Shown: positions 1 through 10,982, counted from the first letter of the stretch. The stretch is DNA of 64,000 nt from Corallochytrium limacisporum Hawaii (GCA_002811645.1 PDIP01000079.1:81576-145575); one strand, 5' to 3'. The notes: generated by a model not told the origin, from the letters alone. Program-made: numbers and translations.

Positions 1-1671
1 GACACGATTGAGCTGATGCGTTCCAATGAGATTGACATTTCTTCGTCCTCCATGAGTCATCTGCTGTCACGTGCTGTGTACTTGATGTTGTCGAAGCGAC
101 AGAATGATGGAACATACGCATACACCTTCTTCAATGACAAGCAGCGGGATTGGCTATGGAATGAAATCGAAACCGCACTGCGAGCCGGCCTGACGAAGGA
201 AGTCTTGCCCGAAGATCTCATCGTTCCGGAAGACGCGAAAAATGTGCTTGACGTGACTCTCACAATGATTTGTCTCCGTATCTACACAGATATTGGCCGA
301 TTCCACCTCATGAACCCAGAGCCTCGGCACCGCGATGTCAGCGTGGTGGATGATAAGGTTGTAGACAGAGTATCCAAAGCGTGGGATCGACTGCGTACCA
401 ATATGTCTCCGCATGTGGCTCAACAATTCATGTCTGTACTTGCACAGTGTGGACAGAGTGCCAACCGCTTGCTCGATCCCTTTATCGACGTGGTCGCCAG
501 GGCTGCCCAATTCCTGTCCCATAGTGATGTCGTTGACAGTTTCGAAGTCATAATGCTGGTAGAAAGTCTTGAGACCTCTCTGCATATCAGTCAGACACTA
601 GCATTGCACGAAATTTTGAGGGCATTTAGCCTCTATACCGACTCAACAGCTGACGATGAAACTGGTGATCAAGACCCTGAGAGTGCGGAAGAGGCACAGG
701 ACGCATTCCTACAAGAACCTGTTCGTGTGCAGCGCATTTTGGAGTTGTGCGTGTCCGCAAGGGACAAAGGCAAAAGCCCAGCCGAATACTACATCCACCA
801 GACCTCTTTGCTGCTTGCGTGGGATCTTATCCTTGAACATTTTGAAAGTGTTGGTGCCAAGCGAAAAATGAACATCGCAGGCCATTTGCGGAAGATTGAC
901 GCACTCGGGCCGATCATGGGCTTCATCTGTCAGCGTTTGGGATTAGGTGACGATGACGCGGATTTGCCTTCTATCACGGTCATCCCAGGTATCATGACTG
1001 CCGACTTTCGCAGGCAGAGAGCTGGCGCCGGCATATACCGGCCCGAAGGTCTAGATGTGCACATCTTACAGCGCACTCTTGACTCCTTGCCTGCCCTATG
1101 TCGCCAATGGTGGAGCTACCAAGACAGCAAGACTGTTCAGATCCGCTTCCAGGAATTCGTGGAAAAGCACATCAGTCCCGCACTGATCCACCGTCAGCTG
1201 TCTCAGGTCAAGGATCAATCTACTGTTGGCGACGATCTGACGGTGGCCGTACGGGCGCAGACGAATGAGGTCATCGCTACCTATGACCGTGACGAAGTCA
1301 CCATGACCCTACCGCTTAGCTTCCCATCATCGTTTCCTGTGAAGCCCGTGGCAGTCGACAAGGATGGCGCCAAGTTCGTTGGTGTCGGCTCTAACCACTG
1401 GCGCAAATGGCTGCTGCAGATAACTCTTTTCCTCAATGCGCAGAACGGATCTCTCCTGGACGCCTTCCGCGTCTGGCAGAGTGCCATTGAGAAGCGCTTT
1501 GAGGGCGTGGAAGAGTGTACCATTTGCTACTCGGTCGTACATGGTACAAACCAGCAACTACCGCAGCTCCGCTGTAAGACTTGCAGCAACAAATTCCACA
1601 GCGCTTGTCTCTACAAATGGTTTAGCACCTCGGGCCAATCCACATGCCCGCTGTGCCGTTCTCTTTTCTGA
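1..1671 (+). CDS. LTN1: E3 ubiquitin ligase listerin, 3' part (RWD + RING); the frame is open from position 1, so the gene starts before the window
   Basis: LPALCRQWW, FPSSFPVKPV (RWD), NGSLLDAFRVWQ..FEGVEECTICYSVVH..LP..RCKTCSNKFHSACLYKWF..S..STCPLCRSLF is the diagnostic Ltn1 C-terminus. Confidence 0.96.
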   Translation, partial: DTIELMRSNEIDISSSSMSHLLSRAVYLMLSKRQNDGTYAYTFFNDKQRDWLWNEIETALRAGLTKEVLPEDLIVPEDAKNVLDVTLTMICLRIYTDIGRFHLMNPEPRHRDVSVVDDKVVDRVSKAWDRLRTNMSPHVAQQFMSVLAQCGQSANRLLDPFIDVVARAAQFLSHSDVVDSFEVIMLVESLETSLHISQTLALHEILRAFSLYTDSTADDETGDQDPESAEEAQDAFLQEPVRVQRILELCVSARDKGKSPAEYYIHQTSLLLAWDLILEHFESVGAKRKMNIAGHLRKIDALGPIMGFICQRLGLGDDDADLPSITVIPGIMTADFRRQRAGAGIYRPEGLDVHILQRTLDSLPALCRQWWSYQDSKTVQIRFQEFVEKHISPALIHRQLSQVKDQSTVGDDLTVAVRAQTNEVIATYDRDEVTMTLPLSFPSSFPVKPVAVDKDGAKFVGVGSNHWRKWLLQITLFLNAQNGSLLDAFRVWQSAIEKRFEGVEECTICYSVVHGTNQQLPQLRCKTCSNKFHSACLYKWFSTSGQSTCPLCRSLF

Positions 1672-1745
1672 TTTCAGGCGTAGAACATGACATGGATCCT
1701 CTATTCTTGTACAATTATATTAGTAATGATAGTAGTAATATCACA

Positions 1746-3215
1746 TCAAGCGACCCCCTTGCCGTGCGCGGTCTTCAGTGCCTGCTTAAGCTCCATCTGC
1801 CAATCGGACAATTGTTCGGGATGCCAGTCTGACTGTCGCTGTAGAATTCGCTCCAATGTTGTCAAAGCACGGTCCGTATCCTCCGCAAAACAAAGAATGG
1901 GCAGCGCATCCAATGCGACTTCCACCACCTTGAGCACCACTGCGTGTGCCTGAATACTGGTCCTGTCCTCATCCTCAGTGTCCAAGTACATGCCATGTAG
2001 GGCTGCCTCTACCACAGCGCACATCCCTGGCTGGGTCTGTAGGCTCACAGTGCCATCCCTAACGTGGTCTGCTATCATACCGAGCACCTTACCACGGATG
2101 GCAGAATAAAAAGTACGATCAAGTACGATAAACGGAAACGCAAGATCTTGAGAGTGCTCTTGCCTGTCCTTATCGTCTTCGGCACTGAGGAGTCCGCGCT
2201 CTGTAAAGCTCCAAATGATGCCCGCGTTCTGTGGATGGTGCCGACTAAGGGCGGCCAGAGCGTACACTGATACGGATACGAGCTGCAGCGCTCCATAATC
2301 AATCTTGCGCCAGTATTCCACTGCGGCATTGTGGTATGAGTGGTTGCCTTCCTCGGCCTTTTCGTCATCGTTCCATGCAGCCGAAGTGGCTGGGCGGTAG
2401 AAACGTCCAACGGGAGGTAGCTGTTGGAGCACCTTACGGGCTAGATGCCTCAGTGTTTCTTCGCTCACCGAGTCTTGCACAGCAGTGTTGGCATTTGCTA
2501 GGGCTCCAAGGGTGCGGATAGCGGCAATGTGGACCTCTTGCTCGTCCTCCTGCAACGCACACTCTTCAGGGGTGGTGCAGGGCTTGGCAGGTGTACACTT
2601 GTCCGGGTTCATTGGCTCAGGGCATGGAACTATGAACGGATTCGTCGCAACCATCGCCTCCAAGATCGGCACACCACCAAGCATAACAAAGTCAACACCA
2701 TTGTAGTGGCTACGAACAATGTCCTCCAGGTCCTGTAGTATTATTACTGCCTGCCAGGGGTCCTTGCGAAACTCCTCATTCGTCCACCACCGCTCGAGGG
2801 CTTGGAGAAGTCCACCCATCACTTCGACCTCAGGCTTGCCGGCGACCGCAGCCTCACCTGCATCGCTCTCCTGCGGGATCGGTGGGACACGAACCCAGTG
2901 ATGTGATTCCATATCGGGGTCATGCTCAACCTTTGGAGGATCCTTGTCTTTGGGCTTGGTATGACTGTCCGCATACGGATCAGTTACAAGGATTGGTGCA
3001 TTGCGCTGCCCGGCACTAGTTTCTTGAGCTTTCCGTGCCATCCGGGGGCCACCGTTCATGGAGAGTTTGTATTCACCACCAGCTGGAACAGCACACCCAT
3101 CGGGAATTTCTACCCATTCATCAGTCAATTCTGTTGGACACTTTGGTTGGTCTGCGAACCCAGGACGGTCAATTACTACCAACGCTACAAGGACTCTCAG
3201 TAGATTGTTCCTCAT
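1746..3215 (-). CDS. SIL1: SIL1-like ER nucleotide exchange factor for BiP
   Basis: Signal peptide (MRNNLLRVLVALVVI), SIL1 N-terminal motif EWVEIPDGCAVPAG.EYKLSMNGG.RMAR, ARM-region motif LQDLEDIV..HYNGVDFVMLGG; first ATG is at 3215. Confidence 0.8.
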   Translation of the reverse strand: MRNNLLRVLVALVVIDRPGFADQPKCPTELTDEWVEIPDGCAVPAGGEYKLSMNGGPRMARKAQETSAGQRNAPILVTDPYADSHTKPKDKDPPKVEHDPDMESHHWVRVPPIPQESDAGEAAVAGKPEVEVMGGLLQALERWWTNEEFRKDPWQAVIILQDLEDIVRSHYNGVDFVMLGGVPILEAMVATNPFIVPCPEPMNPDKCTPAKPCTTPEECALQEDEQEVHIAAIRTLGALANANTAVQDSVSEETLRHLARKVLQQLPPVGRFYRPATSAAWNDDEKAEEGNHSYHNAAVEYWRKIDYGALQLVSVSVYALAALSRHHPQNAGIIWSFTERGLLSAEDDKDRQEHSQDLAFPFIVLDRTFYSAIRGKVLGMIADHVRDGTVSLQTQPGMCAVVEAALHGMYLDTEDEDRTSIQAHAVVLKVVEVALDALPILCFAEDTDRALTTLERILQRQSDWHPEQLSDWQMELKQALKTAHGKGVA

Positions 3216-3888
3216 GGCTGTAATCCACGCTCTACGTCCCAAGATTCCATTCTTTCATTAAACTCAGCATTTTACGCAATTTTAATTGTAACAAATGCGG
3301 CTACCGTCGGGAAATACCTTGCATGACAAAACGGCAAAACAACTATGGTTTGCAGCGGAATGCAACAACCTTTGGTCGCCAAAAACCCTCCTTCCTCAAA
3401 AGGCAAGTAAATTCGCTCTCGTTCTGCATTTTCTAGCCAATGATAATCCCATATATGTGAATTTACACCAATAGTGGTCGGAGTATTGTTGGTGGTTGGT
3501 ACAGCACGTGCACTGAGCAACCTTCCCGCCCCACCCCGGGCCAGGCGCAACGCGATGTACGTGTAGTGGGCGGGTCAGCAGGGCGACTGCGGCGAGCCCG
3601 GATCTTGACTATCCGTTTTCGTTGTCCCTGTGCAAGACCATGGACTATGAATAACTTTTTTCGTGGAGTGTATTGGCTGTGGTTTTTGCTGAAACCTCAG
3701 GGTTTTTGAATGAGGAAAGGTACATCTCCGCGGTTGAAACTCGCAATTGTAGACTCGCATGAGCGCACGCTAGAGAAACTTTGACCCAAACGAGCCAGAA
3801 GATCATGCACATGTACAGGTAGACGTCTGCTTTGGGATAATTTACAGAGATACCCACTTTCAACACAACTGTAAACAGCAGATTTGCT

Positions 3889-4761
3889 ATGGATCGCCCA
3901 CACTCTGTGCCCCTGCCGGGAGGTGGGGTTGGCCCTGTGGCCAACACGGGATCAGGGAATGCACGGCTGGACCGCATTTTCATTAGTAACCTCGTGACTC
4001 GGCAGATCATTGGAGTCGAACACTGGGAACGTCAAAAGCCCCAAAATGTACGTATTAGTATCAGCGTCCTTGTTGATACGTTTGAGGCGTCCCAGACAGA
4101 CTCCCTGCTGGACTCCTGCGACTATGGAAGAATGGCTAAGGACACGTTGGCCTTTGCAGAGAAGTCTTCATTCAAGACTGTCGAAGCGCTGGCATCGGGA
4201 ATCTGCCAGTTGCTCATCTGTAATCATAAAGCACAGGAGGTTACTGTGCATCTGGAGAAGTGTAGTGCTCTGCTCTACGCCCAGGGGGCTGGTGTGGAGT
4301 TGACGCGAACGCCACAGGACTTTTGCCCGAAGAACCATGTCGATTTCACCTCCGTCTCCGACATTCGGCCGTACGCGAAACCGCTTGATGTTGTGTTCAT
4401 CCGTGAGCTCCTGGTGCGTTGCATTATTGGTCTAAATCCCCACGAACGTCTTGAGAAGCAATCGGTTGTGATCAACCTACGTATGTCTTGTGATGATCTG
4501 GATCGCAGTGCGAGCAGTGATACTATACGTGGCACCATCGACTATTTCCGCATTGGCAAACGTCTTGTGTCCTATGTGGAGGACGAGAGCAGCTTCAAAA
4601 CGGTTGAATCACTCGCATACAATATCGCCCGTGTATGCTGCATTGAGTTCGGCGTGCAGCGTGTATGGGTACGAGTGGGCAAACCGAGTGCCTTACTGTT
4701 TGCAGACCAAGCTGGAATTGAGATCACTCGGCACATCACTGACTTTCCTAGTGCGCCGTAA
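3889..4761 (+). CDS. Dihydroneopterin aldolase with two tandem FolB domains
   Basis: Two copies of D.(I/V)FI..L....IIG...(W/H)ER...Q.V.I..., DY, FKTVE.LA, V.V.(L/V).K.SALL.A..AG(V/I)E(L/I)TR. Confidence 0.92.
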   Translation: MDRPHSVPLPGGGVGPVANTGSGNARLDRIFISNLVTRQIIGVEHWERQKPQNVRISISVLVDTFEASQTDSLLDSCDYGRMAKDTLAFAEKSSFKTVEALASGICQLLICNHKAQEVTVHLEKCSALLYAQGAGVELTRTPQDFCPKNHVDFTSVSDIRPYAKPLDVVFIRELLVRCIIGLNPHERLEKQSVVINLRMSCDDLDRSASSDTIRGTIDYFRIGKRLVSYVEDESSFKTVESLAYNIARVCCIEFGVQRVWVRVGKPSALLFADQAGIEITRHITDFPSAP

Positions 4762-4892
4762 TCATAGTCCTTGTTCCTGAGAGAGTATTCATCGTTTAGA
4801 AGTATATGTACACATGGTCTGATAGTCATAGCTATTGACATAGATAAGAATCTGTCTGACATAGTGATTTTCTTTAAGGGCGTGTGTCCGTG

Positions 4893-5645
4893 TCAAGTTC
4901 GCGGCTTCTTCTTGCCAACGACATTATGTTCTTCTTCCTCCAACTCTAGTCGCTTTCGCTCCCTTTTCTTTACTCTCCGCGCAATTTTGCGCAAACTATC
5001 CCTGCGTTGACGGTCGCGGACCTCACGAGTCTCGAGCCATTCCACAGCTCCACGACTCTGTAGATTCAACGGGACGATCCCAATCAGTTCCGGGTCGATA
5101 GAAGAAGAAAGTTGCTGTGAGCAGATCAGACACTCATGTTGTGATCGTTCAAAGGCCTCAATTACTGACATAGTAGTAACATCGCCGCCCACGGCCTTGT
5201 TTGGTTGGTGGCGAACGGTTTTGGTGGAGCCCACAGCAGAGGCATTCTCCAGGACTCTCGTTGCGTACAGACATCCGCAAGGCGAGCTTACACAAAAGCC
5301 GTATCTTCCGTTCATTTCTAAGCCACTGACTGGACAAAGAATACGGACCTCATTTGTTGAATTGGAATTATTTATGGTCTTTTCGGTCTTGATCACGATC
5401 AGATCACGCAGACCGCGCACCGGCCCGAGGACAGGAAGCTTTCTGATTATGCCCTCGACAGCCGCTTCATAATTCATCAGCCTTCCCTGTCGATCAGTGC
5501 ATAATGGTGGCCTTAGGGGTTCCGATGAAAGTCTACAGAAGTCCCAGAGGCTTGAGCGTTGCTGTGCCTTGTCCAGGGTCTGGTTGACCTCTTTGGTCCT
5601 GACCATTGCATCCCGTCTCGGGACTGTTCCCCCATCGTTTCCCAT
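4893..5645 (-). CDS. RTF2: Replication termination factor 2 (Rtf2 RING-like)
   Basis: N-terminal MGNDGGTVPRR, C.LS.EPL.PP..D..G.L.N.EA, CPVSGLEMNG.Y.F....PCGC, C.IC, basic tail. Confidence 0.93.
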   Translation of the reverse strand: MGNDGGTVPRRDAMVRTKEVNQTLDKAQQRSSLWDFCRLSSEPLRPPLCTDRQGRLMNYEAAVEGIIRKLPVLGPVRGLRDLIVIKTEKTINNSNSTNEVRILCPVSGLEMNGRYGFCVSSPCGCLYATRVLENASAVGSTKTVRHQPNKAVGGDVTTMSVIEAFERSQHECLICSQQLSSSIDPELIGIVPLNLQSRGAVEWLETREVRDRQRRDSLRKIARRVKKRERKRLELEEEEHNVVGKKKPRT

Positions 5646-6535
5646 AGTGGTTCCTCCACAGGCTGTTTTCAATAAGTCTCACATCTTCAAGTGAGCTGCA
5701 TCAGAATTTACGCCCATTCGCTTTCATGTTGTGCTCGCGGCGTGCGGACCTGGCACGGAAACAGGACATACTGAAATAGGCGAATCTTTTGACACCCGCC
5801 AATTCGACGTACACTGCCGCTTTGGAGACAATTAGCTCCAACTGGACGCCACGAATTTCAAAATGTCTCCGAAAGGTATATAAAATAACACCAGTACATT
5901 TACTAAGCACACCAATATGCTTGGTACATTCACTACTGATCGACGTTTCTTCCGGCCCCGCTATGCAGGACTTTTTCGGTGGGCTCCCTGAGCAGTGTGA
6001 GGGCGACACGTGGGTTTTGGCTGCAAAACGGCCCCACTCTGCCTGTGAAGGAAGTCCGACTGTCAGTGCACAACACATTTACAGAGGAGCAACACCCCAG
6101 CATAGTCAAAGCAACCCTACAGAGTCACTGTACCACAGTACTCTGCAACAGCCTCCAATATAGTGGGTGTCATATAACACATGTTCCGTAATAAAACATG
6201 GAGACACTGCACACACCGGGCAGCATTGACAAGTTGAATATTAACGTCTGTACGAGCACACACCGGTAGCAAATTTTTTTAAAAAAAATACATGGAGTAT
6301 ATGTGACCAAACAGGAATTCTACTATTTAAGATCGTCATCGTCATCTGTTTCAACGCAAAGAAAAGAGTCTGAAATCAATTTTAATTCCCGGATTGTGGG
6401 AACTGGACTAAGGTAAGCAAGGAACCTGTCCAAAGCAATTTTTGGGATCTGTGTGAATACAGTCGCTTAAGTGAGTTCACACTATTGCCGAGGTTATCGT
6501 AGATAAGCAATTGGGAATATTTTCGGAAGTGAACA

Positions 6536-7723
6536 ATGACTTCTTTTGAATCAAAGCAGAACAGGGAGCAACAGCTCCTGGATCTGGCCACTTACGCGGC
6601 GTTCCAGGGAGATGAAGCTACGTTGCAGGAGGAATGCGAGCTGCTGCTTCAGAAGGAGGATTTTATTGCAGTTCTACAGAAGCTTATTGACCGCACCAAT
6701 GTTTTGTTAACCGCTCCTGACAAAGAGGTCGATGGCCTGTTCAACGCAATCAGCTTCCTCATCCGTTCTCTTCCCGAGCAAGACATGAACACCATGGTGC
6801 AGACTATTGCTAAGAAGATGACACAGGAGGGCACCCCTAAAGCGGTTATGTGCGTGAGTGTGCTGGGATCCTTGTTTAATAACCTGCCCCCGGAAGCACC
6901 CACTCGCTACGATGTGTTTACAGCAATTCTTAAGTTGGCAGCTCGGGCGGGTAAGATCAACATTGTCATTGAACAGGCAGCGCAGTTGCCCAAGTGGTTC
7001 AAACAGTGGAAGAGCACATCGGATCAGCAGAGAGAATTGTACCGTTTGGTGGCCCAGATCCTGGCCGACGCAGGGGAGGACCGCAAAGCGTACGAGTATC
7101 GTTTGAAAGTTTTGGAATGCTATGGGCCCAATGAGGAGATTAAGAAAGAAGAGATCGAGCGTGTTATCGTGGATGCTGTGCGTTTGCCCAATAGCTATGA
7201 TTTTGAAAACATTTTCAGCTTGCCGGCCATTCAGCAAGAAAAGGGACAACCTCTGTACACTCTTCTTGAAGTGTTTACCAACGGTGACTATGAACAGTTC
7301 CTGAAGTTCTACAATGAGAATGGTGCTCTTCTTGAAGGACTGGGTCTGCAGGAGGAGCAATGCAAGGAAAAGATGCGTCTATTGTCCTTTACTCAGGTCT
7401 GCGCCAATCGCACCGTTGTGCCCTACTCTGAGTTAGCTCAGAGCCTGCGCATTGGCGAGGACGAAGTCGAATCCTGGGTGATCCGGGCTGTGCAAAGCGA
7501 GATGATCGAGGCAAACATTGATCAACTCCAGCGCGAGGTCATTATTCTGCGCGTGCAGAATCGTCCGTTCGAAGGTTCTGAATGGGGACAGCTAGTTAAC
7601 GCGCTCGCAACCTGGCAGTCCGGTTTGGATGACATCATTCAGGTCATCCGAAACGCCAAAGAGCAGGCCAAGAAGGAGGAAGAAGACGGACGACGTGGAC
7701 GCCCCCGTCGTGACCGTGAATGA
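6536..7723 (+). CDS. EIF3M: Translation initiation factor 3 subunit M (PCI domain)
   Basis: KMRLLSF..., VPYSELAQSL.I..DEVESWVIRAV...IEANIDQ (PCI), followed by RPF...EW.QL...L.TW. Confidence 0.92.
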   Translation: MTSFESKQNREQQLLDLATYAAFQGDEATLQEECELLLQKEDFIAVLQKLIDRTNVLLTAPDKEVDGLFNAISFLIRSLPEQDMNTMVQTIAKKMTQEGTPKAVMCVSVLGSLFNNLPPEAPTRYDVFTAILKLAARAGKINIVIEQAAQLPKWFKQWKSTSDQQRELYRLVAQILADAGEDRKAYEYRLKVLECYGPNEEIKKEEIERVIVDAVRLPNSYDFENIFSLPAIQQEKGQPLYTLLEVFTNGDYEQFLKFYNENGALLEGLGLQEEQCKEKMRLLSFTQVCANRTVVPYSELAQSLRIGEDEVESWVIRAVQSEMIEANIDQLQREVIILRVQNRPFEGSEWGQLVNALATWQSGLDDIIQVIRNAKEQAKKEEEDGRRGRPRRDRE

Positions 7724-8035
7724 ATCGAACCTTCAGAATAGTATCTCCAACTTCGGTCATCATTATCTTTTCGTAAAGAAGAATTTAGAGCAATTCCTTC
7801 AGCAGAAACCCACCAGAAAAGAACCGCATCTCATCGTGTGCATTCAACATGTACACTACACATGCAAACATATCACAACATATAGAATTAAATTACCTTC
7901 TTTCCCACTAGGAAGTGTGATGAGAGGTGCAATGTATTTCAGAATGCCGAACATCCCTGTTCCAGTTTCACACAACAAATCTCGTCATGCAAGAGTGTCC
8001 GTGAAGTGCACGATGTTCTCATCTGCATGATGTAG

Positions 8036-8566
8036 TCATTTAGCCCCGTGGGCCTCGGCGGCGAAGACCAGGAGCTGAACAGTGAGCATCGTGTTCACGA
8101 ACCACACCCCAGAGCGGACAAAACTAACCATTTCGGCAAGGTTTCCAACCTGGGCGACGTACACAACGATGTAAACGGCCCGAGTCAACAGCACCATCCA
8201 CGAGTAGGCGTGCACGACAGCTGGGTTGACATTGGTGATGGCACAGGCCAAGATTGCGATACTGAACGGGAGAAAAGCCTCCCAAGAGTTTGCCTGAGCC
8301 CACTGGGCACGTACGGCACCCTCGGTCATGGGATTCTTTGCAGTTTCCATGCCAAAACGGTGCACGGCGTTGCTAAACTGACCACCAAGGATGGAGAGGA
8401 CAAGACCAAAGGCGGCAGCCAAGAATGTGACAGCCCAGTGACCGAGAATGAAGTATAGAAAACTGAAGTCAGCACCGAATCGCTTGACACCAACGTCCAC
8501 GAACGGGATCTCTGTGCCGAACACCGAAATGTTGACGGCAGTGACCGCAGCAGCAGTAGACGACAT
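8036..8566 (-). CDS. MAPEG family membrane protein (bacterial-type subfamily)
   Basis: RAQWAQANSWEAFLPF motif, R.VY..VY, RS.VW; four hydrophobic segments. Confidence 0.82.
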   Translation of the reverse strand: MSSTAAAVTAVNISVFGTEIPFVDVGVKRFGADFSFLYFILGHWAVTFLAAAFGLVLSILGGQFSNAVHRFGMETAKNPMTEGAVRAQWAQANSWEAFLPFSIAILACAITNVNPAVVHAYSWMVLLTRAVYIVVYVAQVGNLAEMVSFVRSGVWFVNTMLTVQLLVFAAEAHGAK

Positions 8567-9576
8567 GATCTCAGATAGTGATTCAAGAGCACCTAACTAT
8601 TTGCTAAGACTGGCCAAAAAGAAACACATCAAATAGAAGCGGAGATGATCCTGAAGTAGCACTTTCGTTGAGGTGCTGTGCGCTCCATTCTCCACCCCTG
8701 GACTGCATCAACGTAACGTGTCCACGTAATCATGGCCTTTGAGCCAGCTCTTCGAAAAGCATCGCCTCGAATTCCAGCGGAGGCAATCGTCAGTGGCCTA
8801 TGTTTGAAGGAGCGAATTATGAACAGTAAACTGGAAACTCCGTAGTCAAATTCCTGCCTGTTCCTGATATGAACATTAGGGACTGTATTTCTTACGGTTG
8901 TGGCTCTCATGACAGTCGCCCAGATCGGTATGCGTCCGATCTCGTGCGGGTTCGGACAGGCACGGTGCCTTTTGCCGGTCTCACTAATAGCGCAGTCGCC
9001 GCCTCTACCTCACTTGCGCAAATAATACGCCCAGCGGGCCTGGACAGCAAAACAACGGGCAACAAAAATCGGGGGTCTAGTTTTTCTATCTCCGCCAGAT
9101 ATCAACCCAGTGTTGTGGGCCCCTTCAAGTGAGCACGGTATTGCGTATTAGTACTGGTACTAAATAAATGGGGAAATGGACCCCAGACGTTGGCGTGAAG
9201 GATCGGCTGGTTTCAGAATCAACTGACAGTCTTTTCGGAACGTGACGTGGTGACTCAGGGGCCTATTTTCTGTTTGCACAAGTGTTTCGTTTTGAGCGCG
9301 ACGGGTTTGAGTGTGCGGGTGGGTCTCGCGTGTATGCTTACTGGCAAAATGAGACCCCGGAAGAACTGCGTGAGTTATTGCATTCAGTCAACAGTCTGAA
9401 AAAGCTATCTGGATTCACTGATGGTCCTGATGGCGATGGATTAAGACGATGAATTTAATGCTGTTTACATAAGCATACATGACCCCGACTGATACACCCT
9501 GTAGAATCTCCCCGATGCTGATTCAATGAGGCCACCGTGATCTCGCACAGCCTGATTATCGTATGGAACATAGGGC

Positions 9577-10962
9577 ATGATTAGAATGAACACAGCCGGT
9601 TTGAGACCAGAGAACGAAGTTCTCAATAATTCAGCACCTCAAAGCGAGATGAGTAAAGAGTTTCAAAAAGTTTTGAATATGATTGATTACAACGTTCTTG
9701 GAGAAGGTGTCGAAAACATCGCCGTCACCATGCGAGTCTATCGTGTAAGACTGGAGCGATTTGAAAGAAGCCTTAGAGCACTACATAGAGTCATGACCAA
9801 ATCGTTCTATAAAATGGCTGGATATCGATCCCGTGAAGACGTGAGAAAGAGGGCTCTACACATGTCGAAAACTCGGGTGTACCAATTAATGAGAGCGGCG
9901 ACCATGATGGATCGGTTACGGGACTTTGAGATCCGACCCCATCGAGAAAGGATATACAGGGCACTGTACATTGCCACAAAACGTGGATTGGATGTCGTAC
10001 GGGGATGGAGAACAGTGTTGTCTCTCGCAAAAGACGACTTCACCTCTATCTCCGAAAGCTTGGTTCGTGCGACTGCCTCCTCACTGATCAATAATGATAT
10101 CCTCTGCGCGGAAGTGCAGGATTTCCGAGACGTGAAGGAGCAGTATGCAGCTCAGAATGCAGAGATGATGCAGAAGATCAAGTCAACTCTCGACGGTTTG
10201 AGCAGAGATGACGAGATCATCCATGCCGGGTACACCGCTAAACAAGCCAAATTTGAAGAATGGAATACACCGAAATGGTTCGTACAGAAGGTTTCTGACT
10301 TTCTCGGTAAGATCGCCCCTGATCCATGTCAGTATACCAGCGGCCATGTGCCACCAAACTGTGTTTTCAGATGGAATTTCTTCTAACTAGATAATCATAC
10401 AGCATGGAATCCATGGTGCCACGTTCGAGCAACCAAGGTGTTTGGAATGACAAAGGACTACATATTCCTCGATGCCCTGCGCGAAAAATGGATCGTCCCG
10501 GAGCCTGGAACTGTGTTCATGAACCCTCCAGGTGGTGTAGCACACGGACAGAGCCTAAATGGTCTCTTCTGCAAAAAGCTCCTGGAGACGTTTGACGACC
10601 CTACCTGCGGGCTACGTGAAGCTGTTGTTCTCTTGCCTTGTTCTCCTACTCGAAACTGGTTGCAACCATTAATTCGGGAATTTCCACATGTTTTCTTGGG
10701 CCAACAATTTAAGTTCGAACTGGCACCCTTTGGAAAGCGTTTCGATGAGGACTCCAGGAAGGACCGCGACCAGATGGAAACTGGTCAAGATCCAGTGGGT
10801 CGATTGCTGCTGTATTTGGGCCCTCGCACGACAGACTTCTGCCGAACATTTGGCCCTTTTGGAATCTGTCCTGGATTCAATAGCTGGTCATACGGTCGTG
10901 ATGGAGATCAAGATTTTGTCGACTACACCGAATTCGTTTATGAGGAGGTTGCTGTCCCTTAG
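9577..10962 (+). CDS. HTH-fused phage Dam-family (PF05869-like) DNA N6-adenine methyltransferase; exons 9577-10327 and 10403-10962, ~436 aa
   Basis: Two same-frame ORFs separated by TAA 10384-10386. Motifs EEWNTP, GKIAPDP, DAL...W, VFMNPPGG, EAVVLLP..P.RNW.Q, LLLYLG....FC.TF..FG. N-terminal LY..GY.S.E......MSK.R.YQL..AA....L..P..E...R.L is HTH-like. Confidence 0.8.
10328..10402 (+). other. Predicted 75-nt spliceosomal intron
   Basis: GTCAGT donor, CTAAC branch point at 10383-10387, CATACAG acceptor. Removal keeps the frame, deletes the stop and gives DPSWNPWCHVRA, matching the Dam-family DPCSN..S.V.A spacing. Confidence 0.7.
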
Positions 10963-10982
10963 GACCACTACTGTTTCATGTA

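Noticed and set aside
10384-10386. In-frame TAA in the methyltransferase as evidence of stop readthrough or a variant genetic code
   Set aside because: TAA, TAG and TGA all terminate conserved genes here, and an intron explains the stop more simply
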